Below, in pieces: positions 11,545 to 23,599 of a stretch of DNA of 64,000 nucleotides. Location: assembly GCF_045037415.1 (NCBI RefSeq), contig NZ_CP173438.1, one strand, 5' to 3'. Below the pieces are notes generated by a model that was not told the origin of the DNA, made no database searches, and worked only from the letters and a program-made list of their open reading frames with translations. Both the position numbers and the translations under genes were made by a program. The stretch is from Escherichia coli. GTDB taxonomy: Bacteria > Pseudomonadota > Gammaproteobacteria > Enterobacterales > Enterobacteriaceae. Positions within the stretch are counted from its first letter, which is position 1. Each line of letters starts with the position of its first letter.

Positions 11545-12823
11545 AGTTATCTCCGTTTTTGAATATGACCTATTGGGGAGTGACAAAGCGGCTTCAGTTG
11601 GCGCAAAACTGGTGCCTCCACTGGTCTTTAATTATTTAGAAGCGCTTAGCTTGGCAAGTAATCAAGGGAGCCAGTTCCTCAAACTCACCTCTCGCTCAGG
11701 CTTCAAATTGCTTCAGGTTCAAAACTACGCGGGGATGCTTTCAACACCTCACGGTTTCCAGCTTGAGATACTGCCCAAGGTTGGTAAAAACCTCACAGCG
11801 GCTAATGCACGTCAAACATTACTGACGATGCTAAGCCATTTGCCTGGGTTTCGACATATTGAAACTCAGCAAGCCACTCTTCAGGCTCAGCGTATGCCTT
11901 TGCTTGAGATTTTTATTCACCAGTTTTTGCATAGCGTTAGCCAATTACTTAAACAAGGTTTACGCTCCGACTATGTGAGCGAGCAAGGTAATCTGGCTTT
12001 TATGAAGGGCAAGCTGATGCTTTCTGCACAGCTGCGACATAACGCGGTGAATCGCCATAAGTTTTGTGTCGATTATGATGACTACATGCCTGATTGTGCA
12101 GCCAATCGGCTCTTACACTCCGCGCTAGATAAGCTTCTTAGTCTAAAGCTGTCATCAGAGAATCAACGCTGGCTTTACGAACTGCGCTTTGCGTTTGACG
12201 GTATTCCACTTAGCCGGGATATTGAACGTGATATAAACAACTTACGCCTCGAGCGTGGTATGGCTCATTACAACGAGCCAATGGCGTGGGCGCAATTGAT
12301 CCTGAGAGGAATGAGTCCGAGTGCTTTGCAGGGAAACACCAAAGCGATATCACTTTTGTTCCCTATGGAAGCGGTATTTGAATCCTTTGTGGCACAGACC
12401 CTACCCTACGAATTACCTTCTCATCTCAAAGTAATACCACAAGCGGCTACTTATTCTCTTGTGAAGCACGGGTCTAACGATTGCTTTAAACTTCGGCCGG
12501 ATTTGTTGATTCAGTCACGTCGACCGGTACAAACCAAATTGGTGATGGACACAAAATGGAAGCTAATAAATAGCAACTCCCAAAAAACAACACAGTATGG
12601 GCTAGCGCAAGCCGACTTCTATCAAATGTTTGCCTACGGTCAAAAATACCTAAATGGGATTGGCGAAATGTACTTAATCTATCCTGCGCATGATCAATTT
12701 AACCAACCGATACAGCAGCATTTTGCTTTCTCTAAAACATTAAAACTATGGGTTGTTCCGTACCAGATAACAGCAAACCGCGGGGAGAGGATGATGTGGG
12801 TGAAGGATGTGTCCAGTATATAA
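11537..12823 (+). CDS. McrC-family nuclease subunit
   Basis: 428-aa ORF overlapping the McrB-like stop by 8 bp (translational coupling); C-terminal PD-(D/E)xK-like LRPDLL...VMDTKWK. Confidence 0.75.
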   Translation: MGEVISVFEYDLLGSDKAASVGAKLVPPLVFNYLEALSLASNQGSQFLKLTSRSGFKLLQVQNYAGMLSTPHGFQLEILPKVGKNLTAANARQTLLTMLSHLPGFRHIETQQATLQAQRMPLLEIFIHQFLHSVSQLLKQGLRSDYVSEQGNLAFMKGKLMLSAQLRHNAVNRHKFCVDYDDYMPDCAANRLLHSALDKLLSLKLSSENQRWLYELRFAFDGIPLSRDIERDINNLRLERGMAHYNEPMAWAQLILRGMSPSALQGNTKAISLLFPMEAVFESFVAQTLPYELPSHLKVIPQAATYSLVKHGSNDCFKLRPDLLIQSRRPVQTKLVMDTKWKLINSNSQKTTQYGLAQADFYQMFAYGQKYLNGIGEMYLIYPAHDQFNQPIQQHFAFSKTLKLWVVPYQITANRGERMMWVKDVSSI

Positions 12824-13547
12824 ATTTCTAGCCAAGCTGGCGATGAACCAGTCCTCTAAAAAATGGGTATAATCATAGTTTATTTACTAATTAAATTAAT
12901 ATAAAGTAATTACTTTATTATATGGAGAATTTATGAAAATGGGAAAAATTGCAGTTACTCCTAATAATGATAAAGCAGCCAGCCACTCTAAAGATGAAAA
13001 TTTAGCCACAAATACAATTAAGAAAAACGTAAAACCTAAATATGGCGATGCGGCATTTTTAGAGTACACTCGACTAATAGTTAACCACCCGAATTATTTT
13101 GGAATGCCAGATCCCTTTGGGGAAAAAGGTGAGATTCAATGGGAAGCTCCATCAAATAGGGCATCGGGGAAATTTAAACACACTCATCAACGGCGCTATG
13201 AATGGTGGAAAAATAAAGCCAGAAGTATTGGGATAGACCCTGACACTGAAAAAGCATGGATTAGTAAAACAGCTAAACTAATTCATCCACTTGGAGTTAA
13301 ACCATGCAAGAAATGCGGTAAAGAAATGGAATTATCTTACTCCTACCCAAATGAGCATTTCTTTTCTCGGGTTAGGAAACTTAATTATATAGATGAGACT
13401 TTTGAGCTATCTCAAAATGAACACATAGTTGATTTGTTGACTCGTTTAGATGATAGATTTGGTGAAAGAATATATTTAGATTTACCACATTTATTTTCTA
13501 CAAAATCCATCACGATTTGAAGTGGTCAACAAAAACTGGCCACCGAG

Positions 13548-14695
<1,148 letters not shown>

Positions 14696-15928
14696 TATGG
14701 CACCTGTGTTGTTCTGAGGTGAGCATATCACCTCTGTTCAGGTGGCCAAATTCAGTAAACCACTTCAATTCCAGATATTTCAAGCAATCTCGAAGCATGG
14801 ATTGAGTATCTAAAAGAACAATACATACCTCAAGAATCACGTATGCTTAGCCCTGGAGCCATGGCAAATCCTCCAGATCGTTTTGATGGATTTCATTCAT
14901 TTAACCGCTGTTGTCGCTCTATTGCTGATAAAGGAAGGACCAAAGAAAATCTTAAATCTTATGTTACTGACAGAAGAGTTTTCGAATATTGGGTGGATGG
15001 TGATTGGGTAGCTGCAGACAGGCTAATGGGCCAAGTTAGAACAAATAATATATTTATTAACGAGGAATGTTTGAATGCCGGAAATGGTGGTTTACATCCA
15101 ACTCCTTGCCAAGCAGATCACATTGGCCCAATCTCACTAGGGTTTTCCCATCGCCCACAATTTCAACTACTTTGCAAATCATGTAATAGTGCCAAAAACA
15201 ATCGTATGTATTTAAGTGATATAATCTCTTTATTAGAAGCTGAGAATGAAGGTCATACGGTTATTTCATGGTTCGCAGAAGAAGTATGGAATCGACTAAA
15301 ACACTCTGTAGATGATAGTGAAAAAGCCTTAAGACTAAGTAAAATACTACGTGATAATAGACATACATATATGAATCTTCTTAAAAAAATAATGGATGAA
15401 GGTTATTATACTTTCCTTGCAAGTCTTTTACATCTTGAGGTAGCCAATTATAACCCAATATTTGAGGGATTATGCATTTCAAATCATTTAACTCATTATA
15501 AATCATTAAAAAAAATAAAACGTGAATCAAAATATGCTGCTGTGCAAAAAACAAGACGAATCAGAATAGCATTTACTTCATTGAATGATTATCATAGAAA
15601 AGAAAATCGGAACGCATTTATTGTATCAAATGAATTATCTGAGAAGTTTTTCTCTGAAGCTATGGATAATTTAAAATCATTAAGTGAAATTACATCTTGC
15701 TTAGATGAAAAAATATCCGGAATAATATCTGAGAATTCAGATTCAAAAAATGAATTTCGAACAATCATTACAGATCTACGAGAAATAGTGACAAACAATA
15801 AAGAAAAATTCAACTTGATATTAAAATATCTAATATCAGGGATGAGCGAAATAGGAAAAGAACTGGAATCATATTGGGAAAATGATCGTTATGTTCGCTC
15901 AATCCCAGAAGAATTTATAGAGTAAGAC

Positions 15929-15952
15929 ATAGCCCTCTTATAAAGAGGGTTT
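15929..15952. terminator. Possible bidirectional terminator hairpin between convergent REase and MTase genes
   Basis: CCCTCTTtataAAGAGGG hairpin followed by TTTTAT; overlaps the C5-MTase stop. Confidence 0.3.
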
Positions 15953-17128
15953 TATATTCCTTTCATAATATTCTGAAGGAGTAATATTACCTCTCATGAA
16001 TAATTGATAGTCATTTTCGGGGTGATGGATATAATATTTACCACTTCCATCTTCACCATGTTGCAAAGGAGGCAGATCAGATAATGCATCCTTTACAGAT
16101 ACCCAAGATTCCTTATCTTCTGTTAATTTTTGTGGAGGTTCAATTGAAAATAAAGGGTCGTTTGAACCAACCAATATAACCCTTTTTCGGCGCTGAGGGA
16201 TTGCATAATGTTCAGAGTTTAATATCCATCCATTCATAGTTTTCATGGTTGATGAGAATTCTTCTTTGACTCTTTCAAAGACCTTACCTTTTTCCATATT
16301 CAACAAACCAGCAACATTTTCAAAAATAAAACCGTTTGGTTTTATCTCATTTAAGAGAGATTTATAATGCATAAAAAGTGAATTTCTTGGATCATCCATT
16401 GTTCTGGCATTTCCTGCCGTAGAAAATCCCTGGCATGGGGGTCCACCAAGTATCCATAATTGTTTATCAAAATATAATTTCTTAAATCCTGATATTTTAT
16501 CTGCTATTTTTGAAAAAGTTTCATTATCAGAAATGCTGCCACATAAAACTTCTTTGTGAACATTGTTTGAATATGTTTGTAGATATTTTTCTTCAATATC
16601 ATTCGCCAATAATGGAGTCCATCCAGCCCATTTGAATCCTAGTCCCAGCCCTCCAGCTCCGGAAAATAAATCGATATAATAACCAGTATTACCTATCGCC
16701 TTCTCTATTTCTTTCGCAATCAGAAAAGCTAAAAATGGGGGCACTGCATTACCGATTTGGGTATTAATTGCTGTTTGACCTCCGAAGAAAATAAAATCAT
16801 CCGGGAACGATTGTAGTCTTGCAGCTTCTCTCTGGGATAGAACACGATCTTGCTCATAGTGAATATGGCAACCATTCCCAGGTCGGTTAAAATATGTATT
16901 GATAGTATATGCAGGCATATCTGGAAGTAATCTACCGTAGTATGTTGAACGGCTTCCTTTTCCTTGTGCATAACTATCCCTAATTTGCTCTATTCTTTTA
17001 GACGGTACATCTAAAGGAATATTTTTCCAGTTGCCACCTGGCGGTACTGAGTTAACAATCATCATATCCAATTCACTTAGCTTTGCTGCCTTGTGATTGG
17101 GAATCATAAATGTTTCACTTTTAGTCAT
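15938..17128 (-). CDS. DNA (cytosine-5)-methyltransferase, circularly permuted motif order
   Basis: Motifs IX/X (RLQSFPDDFIF, QIGNAVPP) precede motif I (DLFSGAGGLGLGF), IV (GGPPCQGFSTAGN), VI (FIFENVAGLL), VIII (QRRKRVILVG). Confidence 0.85.
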   Translation of the reverse strand: MTKSETFMIPNHKAAKLSELDMMIVNSVPPGGNWKNIPLDVPSKRIEQIRDSYAQGKGSRSTYYGRLLPDMPAYTINTYFNRPGNGCHIHYEQDRVLSQREAARLQSFPDDFIFFGGQTAINTQIGNAVPPFLAFLIAKEIEKAIGNTGYYIDLFSGAGGLGLGFKWAGWTPLLANDIEEKYLQTYSNNVHKEVLCGSISDNETFSKIADKISGFKKLYFDKQLWILGGPPCQGFSTAGNARTMDDPRNSLFMHYKSLLNEIKPNGFIFENVAGLLNMEKGKVFERVKEEFSSTMKTMNGWILNSEHYAIPQRRKRVILVGSNDPLFSIEPPQKLTEDKESWVSVKDALSDLPPLQHGEDGSGKYYIHHPENDYQLFMRGNITPSEYYERNIKPSL

Positions 17129-18761
17129 AATGTTGAAAAATCCTCAATAAACTTTCTTTTTCAGCTAACTCAATCTTATCAAATGAAGACAGAAGCTTAT
17201 TAAATTCATTCAAATCCAATTTGTAAATATTTTTGGCAACATAAGCCTCAATTTTCAACTCAGCATCACAACATCCCTCTATGCAAGAAATCACAAGTTG
17301 TTTTAATTCAGAATGTTGTAATAATATTTTTTCAGACGGTATTGCAGTTTTTCGTAAGGCTGACAATGATACATGACCAGTAGCTAAAAAGCTTCTTAAT
17401 TGAAATTCAAAACAAAGGGAGTTTATAATACCAAGCAAACTAAAGAGCGAATCTTGCGAACCACTTTTATAATAGACCACCCCTAATGAATTCCCTGCCA
17501 AAGAGTTAGGAGGTATTATCGTTGCAATCATTCGCCTTTTTTGACTCGGGCGTGAAATGTCACGCCATGCAATCCTTACGAAATTAGAATTGGATAGAAC
17601 CTTATCAATTTTTTTCGTTATTCTTAAGCTCTTCTCATTATGAAAATTATACCTCCCAATCATTTTTCCTTTAATGAATAATAATCCGCCGCCACTTTTT
17701 TGTGTCCAGTCACTACTACCAGTTTCATCTATTTCTCTTCCTGCCCATATCTCTCCATTTTTTTCCAGACTACCCCATGTTGGGTATCCCTCTTGCAGCT
17801 TTCTTAACAAATGAACGGCATGAACACCTTGAGATACCGGAATGCTAAGATATTGAGAATCTATACTAGACAAATCAAAAAAACCTAGTGATTTAATATT
17901 TAAGTTTTTATCATACACACTAAGTTGAATATTATCATTAAGGGATTCACCTTTATTAAAAATAAAAGAACATGAAGAAACATCAGCACCGCCGAATAAT
18001 TTAGCCTCAGCTGGATAATAATTTATGCAATCAATCCTCCCTGAATTAAAAAACTTTTCACGTAATATGTACGATTGTTCATCTGCGAAAAAAGATGCAG
18101 GCATAACTATAGCTACCAATCCATTTTTATTACATATTTCTAAGCTAAGTTCTGCACCAACACGTGAAAGATTAGTCCCCCACCCAGCAAATTTACGCTT
18201 CGGCTGAGAATATGGCAATACTCTTGACAAATAATCATCAAACTCACGAAGAGAGTCTATATACATCGATTTCATAGATGGTTCAAAAAAATCGAGCTCT
18301 CTAGAATCTGGTTTTATATTCTCCCAAGGCGGATTGGTTATAACACAATCAAAATAATCAACATATTTTTTAAATTCATAAAAAACATCACTATTTTTTA
18401 TAGTAATGTTAATATTTGCACCTGCTAACTTAAGTTCAGACAACGCATTTTTAGCATAAGTGAGGCCTGTATTTTCTATATCGAACAGATAAACATTCCA
18501 CTCTACATCTGGAAAACCATTTATCATCCATTGTTTAATAAGCAATGTAATAAGTCGACCATCCCCTGAAAATGGATCTGCGACATTATAACTTTTTTTA
18601 TCACAGGAATTTATCAATGGTAATAACTTCTCTATCATCAAAAGAGCTATTTTTGGATCTGTATAGTATTTACCTGTCGCTTTTTTAGTGAATTTTGTTG
18701 TCTCGTCCAAGGACAGTGAATTAATTAAATGGATATGTTTCATGTAAAATATCTCTTCCAT
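17121..18761 (-). CDS. N6-adenine DNA methyltransferase
   Basis: Motif I VADPFSGDGRLI and motif IV VITNPPWE; stop overlaps the start of the downstream C5-MTase by 8 bp (operon). Confidence 0.8.
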   Translation of the reverse strand: MEEIFYMKHIHLINSLSLDETTKFTKKATGKYYTDPKIALLMIEKLLPLINSCDKKSYNVADPFSGDGRLITLLIKQWMINGFPDVEWNVYLFDIENTGLTYAKNALSELKLAGANINITIKNSDVFYEFKKYVDYFDCVITNPPWENIKPDSRELDFFEPSMKSMYIDSLREFDDYLSRVLPYSQPKRKFAGWGTNLSRVGAELSLEICNKNGLVAIVMPASFFADEQSYILREKFFNSGRIDCINYYPAEAKLFGGADVSSCSFIFNKGESLNDNIQLSVYDKNLNIKSLGFFDLSSIDSQYLSIPVSQGVHAVHLLRKLQEGYPTWGSLEKNGEIWAGREIDETGSSDWTQKSGGGLLFIKGKMIGRYNFHNEKSLRITKKIDKVLSNSNFVRIAWRDISRPSQKRRMIATIIPPNSLAGNSLGVVYYKSGSQDSLFSLLGIINSLCFEFQLRSFLATGHVSLSALRKTAIPSEKILLQHSELKQLVISCIEGCCDAELKIEAYVAKNIYKLDLNEFNKLLSSFDKIELAEKESLLRIFQHYD

Positions 18762-18999
18762 TAATAATATGGATTATATCATTTAACTTGTGAACACTCA
18801 ACAATAACTGTACATAAAAACAGTCATTAAAGATTTCCCCTAGAGTGAGCATCGCTATAAAAATTTAAATTAATTTTATCCTGCTCCGAAAGAAACAGTT
18901 ATCATTTATTCCATAAAGAATAACTTGCTTTATAATCACTTTAAATATCGATATCAATTTTAATACTATGGTTACTTACCATATCAATAAATAGCTTAA

Positions 19000-19790
19000 C
19001 CCGTTATCTCGATACCCCTTAAGAACCCCTTCCGCAACTGCAACATAATCTACGCTCATCCACATGCCTGGTGCGTATTACCGTGAAGGAGATCGGTGAG
19101 TTATTGAGTGATCTCCTTTCATGAAAATACGCACCTGGCTTTAACTGTTCCTGATATAAGTTGACAGTTTTCTGTCCGTAAAACGGTTGATGAACTTCAT
19201 CGGGCGTTTTGTATTTCAATGCCAAATGTGACCGCTCATGGTTATAAATTGCCACGAATTCTTTTACCATTTACCGGCCCTACGTCAGCTCTGCAGGACG
19301 CGAGAGTAAAAACTCATTTTCAGGATTCCGTTTATCCACTCAGCCTGCGCATTCTGGTGGCAGTTATAACCATTAGTCATTGAACAGGTTATTGATAAAT
19401 AATTAAAAAACTCAGTTTTCTGGCTCGCCTGCTCAAGCTGTTCTTCAAGTTCCCTGATTCTTTGCTCGGGTGTCAGCGGGACAGTCGCCAGAGCCACAGG
19501 CAGTCTCCTCTTTACCTGGTCAGGAAGTCCGGGGCTCCAGTCAAGCCGGCCATATTTACGCAACCAGACAAGAACGGTGGAGCGCCCCTGAATGCCATAA
19601 CTGCAGCCGGCCTGTTTATAAGTCATCTCGCCTTTTTCAACCTTCTCAACAACGGCTATTTTAAAGGATAGAGGATAATCACGTTGAGTGCGTTTGAACC
19701 CAGACATCATCACGTTCTCCGGGTTTAAGTCAGGAACGTGTCATAGCTATTCAGGACGGGTCACCGACACAAAAAAAGTCGCCCTTGAGC
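19000..19790 (-). mobile_element. IS3-family element remnant (internally deleted OrfA/OrfB), boundaries approximate
   Basis: ORF 19285-19713 has OrfA-like HTH (MSGFKRTQRDYPLSFKIAVVEK...) fused to integrase-core C-terminal pieces; 19140-19270 encodes the OrfB C-terminus (...AIYNHERSHLALKYKTPDEV). Confidence 0.55.
19072..19133. mobile_element. 62-bp mini element made of the two IS21-family terminal repeats joined back to back, flanked by 5-bp direct repeat CCTGG
   Basis: 19072-19100 matches the end at 19817-19845; 19101-19133 matches the end at 22364-22396; CCTGG at 19067-19071 and 19134-19138. Confidence 0.6.
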
Positions 19791-19901
19791 GACTCGATTT
19801 GCATACGGTATGGTGCTGCGTATTACCGTGAAGGAGATCGGTGAGTAACATCGATGGAGATCGGTTCGTGTCACTTTCACAGAACCGTTTTTAAATTACC
19901 T

Positions 19902-20651
19902 TCACTGATCTCCTTCGGTCAACGGAGATTGTATTTTCCGCATTGATTCTCCTTTAAGTTCGATCTTGATACTGCCATGAACCAGTCGATCTAGGATGGC
20001 ATCCGCATGTGTGGAGTCTCCGATCATTTTGTACCAGTTTTCCACCGGCAACTGGCTCACTACGATGATTGAGCCTCGTTGGTACATCAGATCCACTATT
20101 TCCAGCAGGTCGCTACGCTGTTCTGATGAGAGAGGTTCCAGCCCCCAGTCATCCAGAAGCAGCAGATCGCTATTATTCAGCCTGGTCAAAAGTTTGCTGT
20201 ATCTTCCATCAGCATGCCCCTGATAGCACTGTTCCATCAGCGCTTTAAGGCGATAATAGTAGACCTTGTATCCCTGTCGGCAGGCATTATGACCAAGTGC
20301 ACATGCCAGGAACGTTTTACCGCTGCCGGTGGCCCCGGTCAGTAAAATATTTTGTTTCAGGGTTAACCAGTTTCCCTGACTGAGTGAACGGATGAGGGCC
20401 CTGTCCAGCCCTCTATTGTTACGATAATCCAGCTTTGATAACTCAGCATTAAGTCTGAACCGTGCATGTTTGATCAGACGCTCTGCCTTCCTGTTTTCAC
20501 GGCAGGTTAGTTCTTCTGCTGTCAGTAATGACAGGCGTTCTTCGAAGCCCAGCTCCTGGTATGTGCCCGGTTGAGCAAGTTGCTTTTTAAGCGCATCACG
20601 GAAGCCGGTGAGTTTAAGTGCGGTCAGTTGTTCGTAAAGATGATTCATCAT
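19902..20651 (-). CDS. istB: IS21-family IstB ATP-binding helper protein
   Basis: 249 aa; Walker A LTGATGSGKTFLA, Walker B LLLLDDWG. Confidence 0.9.
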   Translation of the reverse strand: MMNHLYEQLTALKLTGFRDALKKQLAQPGTYQELGFEERLSLLTAEELTCRENRKAERLIKHARFRLNAELSKLDYRNNRGLDRALIRSLSQGNWLTLKQNILLTGATGSGKTFLACALGHNACRQGYKVYYYRLKALMEQCYQGHADGRYSKLLTRLNNSDLLLLDDWGLEPLSSEQRSDLLEIVDLMYQRGSIIVVSQLPVENWYKMIGDSTHADAILDRLVHGSIKIELKGESMRKIQSPLTEGDQ

Positions 20652-20662
20652 TGGATCCCGTA

Positions 20663-22204
20663 TCAGTGGTAATACTCACTGCCGCGTACGTTTTCGTGTT
20701 CCATCGTGGATAACAGATCTGGTTTTGGATCCTGAACAGGTTGTTTATCCAGACCTTTTTCCAGGATCGATTTAATACCTGACAGACGCCATACCTTTGT
20801 TTTCAGAGCTCTTGCACATGCTGCATTAAGTCTGGCTTTACTGTATTTTTTATGAAGGTTCAGGAGTCCAAGGCAGAAGCGATAGCTTTGTTCCGGATGT
20901 GGACGAGAGTTCAGTATATGAAGCACATAACTATGAGTTTCACTGCCTATGTGCCCCGCCCATTCCAGAAGACGCTCTGGCGTCCAGGTGGCATGCTGTC
21001 GATGAGCTTCAGGCATGTGCTCGTTGCGGGTACTGTAGCCATAAGTACGCTTGCGCGGGTGCACAGCAACCTCCTGCCCCTGATTGAAGAGTCTTACCAG
21101 TTCTCCGGAGATCCATGCTTCCAGTTGCTGGCCTAACAGCGAACATGGAACCGAGTAGTAATGTTTGTCGATTTCCACGTGGTAATCGGCATGAACTCTG
21201 ACTTTCTTCACCAGGGTGTAACTGTAACTGGCTTCAGGAAGAGGCTTCAGTGCGGGTTTATCAAGCTGGATGAAGAGTTCTGCACGTGAATAACCCAACT
21301 TCTGCATTATTTTGTTATTCAGTCTTTCCAGCAACTCCCGAATGCGCTGATTAAGCGATGCAAGGCTGTAGAAGATCTCATGCCTGATTCGGGCCATGAT
21401 CCAGCGTTCAACAACCTGAACGCCAACTTCAGCTTTGGCTTTATCTTTCGGTTTACGTGGCCGCGCAGGCAAAACTGCGACATTATAATGCTCAAGCATC
21501 TGCTGGTAGGTAGGGTTAACGTCAGGATCATACTTACATGCCCTGGATGTGGCGCTTTTCAGATTGTCCGGAACAACAAGTTCAGGAACGCCACCCAACC
21601 ACTGGAAGCAGCGAACATGACTCATCACCCAGTCTTCAAGCTGCTGAGACCAGGTGGCCTCTGCCCATGTGTAACTTGATGCCCCGAGAACAGCTACGAT
21701 GACCTGAGCAGTTCTTATTTCTCCGGTCTCAGGGTCGGTAACGCCAACGGTAGGTCCACAGTAATCAACGAAAAGTTTTTCGCCAGCTTTATGTACCTGA
21801 CGCATTGATGGTGAAGTGGTTTTGAGCCATTCACGGTACATCCGGCAGTAATGGTTATAGCTGTAAAAACCGCCTGGATTACGCTCACAGTATTCTTCCC
21901 AGAGTAGCTGCAGCGTCACGCATTTATTACGCAGTTCCCGGTGTACTGTAGCCCAGTCAGGCAGAGAGTGCTTCTTCATCTTAACCTGGGTCTGAAGGAA
22001 CGCATGTTTTAGTTTTGTATCATCCCATCCTGTAGGTAAGGGCCACTGCTTTATGCCAAGTTGAGCCGCCCGATTAGCATATCTGGATACAACGGAAGGG
22101 GAGATTGCAAGACTACGACCAATTTGTCGATGGCTGAGTCCAACACCGTATTTAAGCCTAAGAATTTCTTTAAGTTTTCTCATAGAAATTGGAACTGTTG
22201 GCAT
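20663..22204 (-). CDS. istA: IS21-family IstA transposase
   Basis: 513 aa; N-terminal HTH plus DDE integrase core. Confidence 0.9.
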   Translation of the reverse strand: MPTVPISMRKLKEILRLKYGVGLSHRQIGRSLAISPSVVSRYANRAAQLGIKQWPLPTGWDDTKLKHAFLQTQVKMKKHSLPDWATVHRELRNKCVTLQLLWEEYCERNPGGFYSYNHYCRMYREWLKTTSPSMRQVHKAGEKLFVDYCGPTVGVTDPETGEIRTAQVIVAVLGASSYTWAEATWSQQLEDWVMSHVRCFQWLGGVPELVVPDNLKSATSRACKYDPDVNPTYQQMLEHYNVAVLPARPRKPKDKAKAEVGVQVVERWIMARIRHEIFYSLASLNQRIRELLERLNNKIMQKLGYSRAELFIQLDKPALKPLPEASYSYTLVKKVRVHADYHVEIDKHYYSVPCSLLGQQLEAWISGELVRLFNQGQEVAVHPRKRTYGYSTRNEHMPEAHRQHATWTPERLLEWAGHIGSETHSYVLHILNSRPHPEQSYRFCLGLLNLHKKYSKARLNAACARALKTKVWRLSGIKSILEKGLDKQPVQDPKPDLLSTMEHENVRGSEYYH

Positions 22205-22917
22205 AGGTATCCTTTACCGGAATGGCAAAAGATACAGATCAACACACCTGTGAAGTTCCAATAACATTGATGGAGATCACTGAATAACAAAATGAGTCAA
22301 AAGTGATCTCCATCGATGTTATTCAGCGATCTGTTCAAATGTTATTACCCGATCTCGATGGAAGTTATTGAGTGATCTCCTTTCATGAAAATACGCAGGT
22401 GCGAAGGCCGGACTCAAACATGCGATTTAACCTCATGATTTAAAATTGTTAATAATAAACAACACCATCCTATACCAACACAGATACCAACACGAAAAAT
22501 CACTGGTTTTCGGCATCGAACCAGGACAATCAGGTCCTGATTGAGATACCGAGCTCTGTTACTCGTCATCTTCCTCGACAGGCTCCATTGCATCAAGTGG
22601 TACTCGCACCATCGCGATAGAACCAATCCGGATAAAAGCATCTTCCCCATCTATATCGGTTAACTGATATCGCTTACTTGATGCCGGATAATTGTGTCGA
22701 TTGGCAACAGTGTACTCTTTCGTACAGCCAGAATGTGGCAGACTGAGGTGGAATAGATAACGTCCGTATGCCCGCTGACCACCTCCGGGCGGGAGAGTGT
22801 GGTATCTGACATCATCATTTTTCCTTTCTGTTTATAAATGAAAATGCCAGCCGTGTTCAGGCTGACGTCAGGGAAGTGAAATCGGGTGAGTGATCTTCAC
22901 TGGTTCTGGTACAAAAG

Positions 22918-23094
22918 TTACTGTTGGCGCAGGGTACGGATACCCTCCCTGGCCTGTGCGATACAGGGCAACAGTGCTGCCGAATCTGTTTTATCCTCAT
23001 CGTTGTCGAAGATAATTCCCGATTCGCAGTCGATATTGTCCTGCAGCCACGTAATCAGAATATCCAGCGCTGTTTCCGTGGTTAATGATTTCAT
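22918..23094 (-). CDS. Small hypothetical protein (DUF957-like, 58 aa)
   Basis: ATG at 23094 (MKSLTTETALDILITWLQDNIDCE...); position downstream of yeeW-like gene as in CP4-type islands. Confidence 0.4.
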   Translation of the reverse strand: MKSLTTETALDILITWLQDNIDCESGIIFDNDEDKTDSAALLPCIAQAREGIRTLRQQ

Positions 23095-23110
23095 GTTGTG
23101 AATTTCCGGA

Positions 23111-23599
23111 TTACCAGTCGAAAGTGGGTAAACCCGGCAGATATCCGGCACTGGCATCCAGATGAATGAGACTGACACCATAACACCGGATGAGTGTGAC
23201 GACCAGACGACGGAACGTTTTTGACAGCCCCAGGCGCTTAAGCCGCAGAACCGGGTATGACCACGTATCGGTACGTAACAGATAACCGGTACCGGTAAAA
23301 TGAATCCATTCTGATTCACCGAAGTCACTGGTCTGGTGTGACAGCGAGTACAGCCAGGCGTTGTCCGTTTCCGTGATATGTGCGGTACTGCAGCGTATGC
23401 CGGTAAGGGCAACAAATGGTGGCGTGCAGTCTGCTGAGGTCCGGTCAGATTCATCAACAACACGAAGGGAGTAGCCGTTATCGCAGACCATGTTAATCAG
23501 TTCAGCGAGATTAACACCATCAATGTCAACGACAATGCGCCCCATGTTCAGCGCCTGCACGTTAACGCTGTCGGCTTCCAGCGTCAGGGCCAGTTTCAT
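23111..23599 (-). CDS. YeeW-like hypothetical protein
   Basis: 162-aa ORF overlapping the cbtA stop by 4 bp; conserved position after cbtA. Confidence 0.55.
   Translation of the reverse strand: MKLALTLEADSVNVQALNMGRIVVDIDGVNLAELINMVCDNGYSLRVVDESDRTSADCTPPFVALTGIRCSTAHITETDNAWLYSLSHQTSDFGESEWIHFTGTGYLLRTDTWSYPVLRLKRLGLSKTFRRLVVTLIRCYGVSLIHLDASAGYLPGLPTFDW

Larger units (their letters stand above)
19817..22396 (-). mobile_element. IS21-family insertion sequence (istA-istB), about 2580 bp, 5-bp target duplication GGTGC
   Basis: Imperfect terminal IRs starting TGCGTATT at both ends with internal GGAGATC repeats; GGTGC at 19812-19816 and 22397-22401. Confidence 0.85.

Noticed and set aside
12933-13520. 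A stand-alone 195-aa gene
   Set aside because: Its stop codon is supplied by the IS911 inverted repeat and the frame continues in phase after the IS; it is the 5' part of a split gene.
19810-22400. Clusters of short GGAGATC / GATCTCC repeats that could suggest a CRISPR-like or tandem array
   Set aside because: They are the multi-repeat terminal regions characteristic of IS21-family ends; no regular spacer-repeat periodicity.
22414-22650. 78-aa minus-strand ORF next to the IS21 end
   Set aside because: No RBS, no recognisable features, and it overlaps the island terminal non-coding region.
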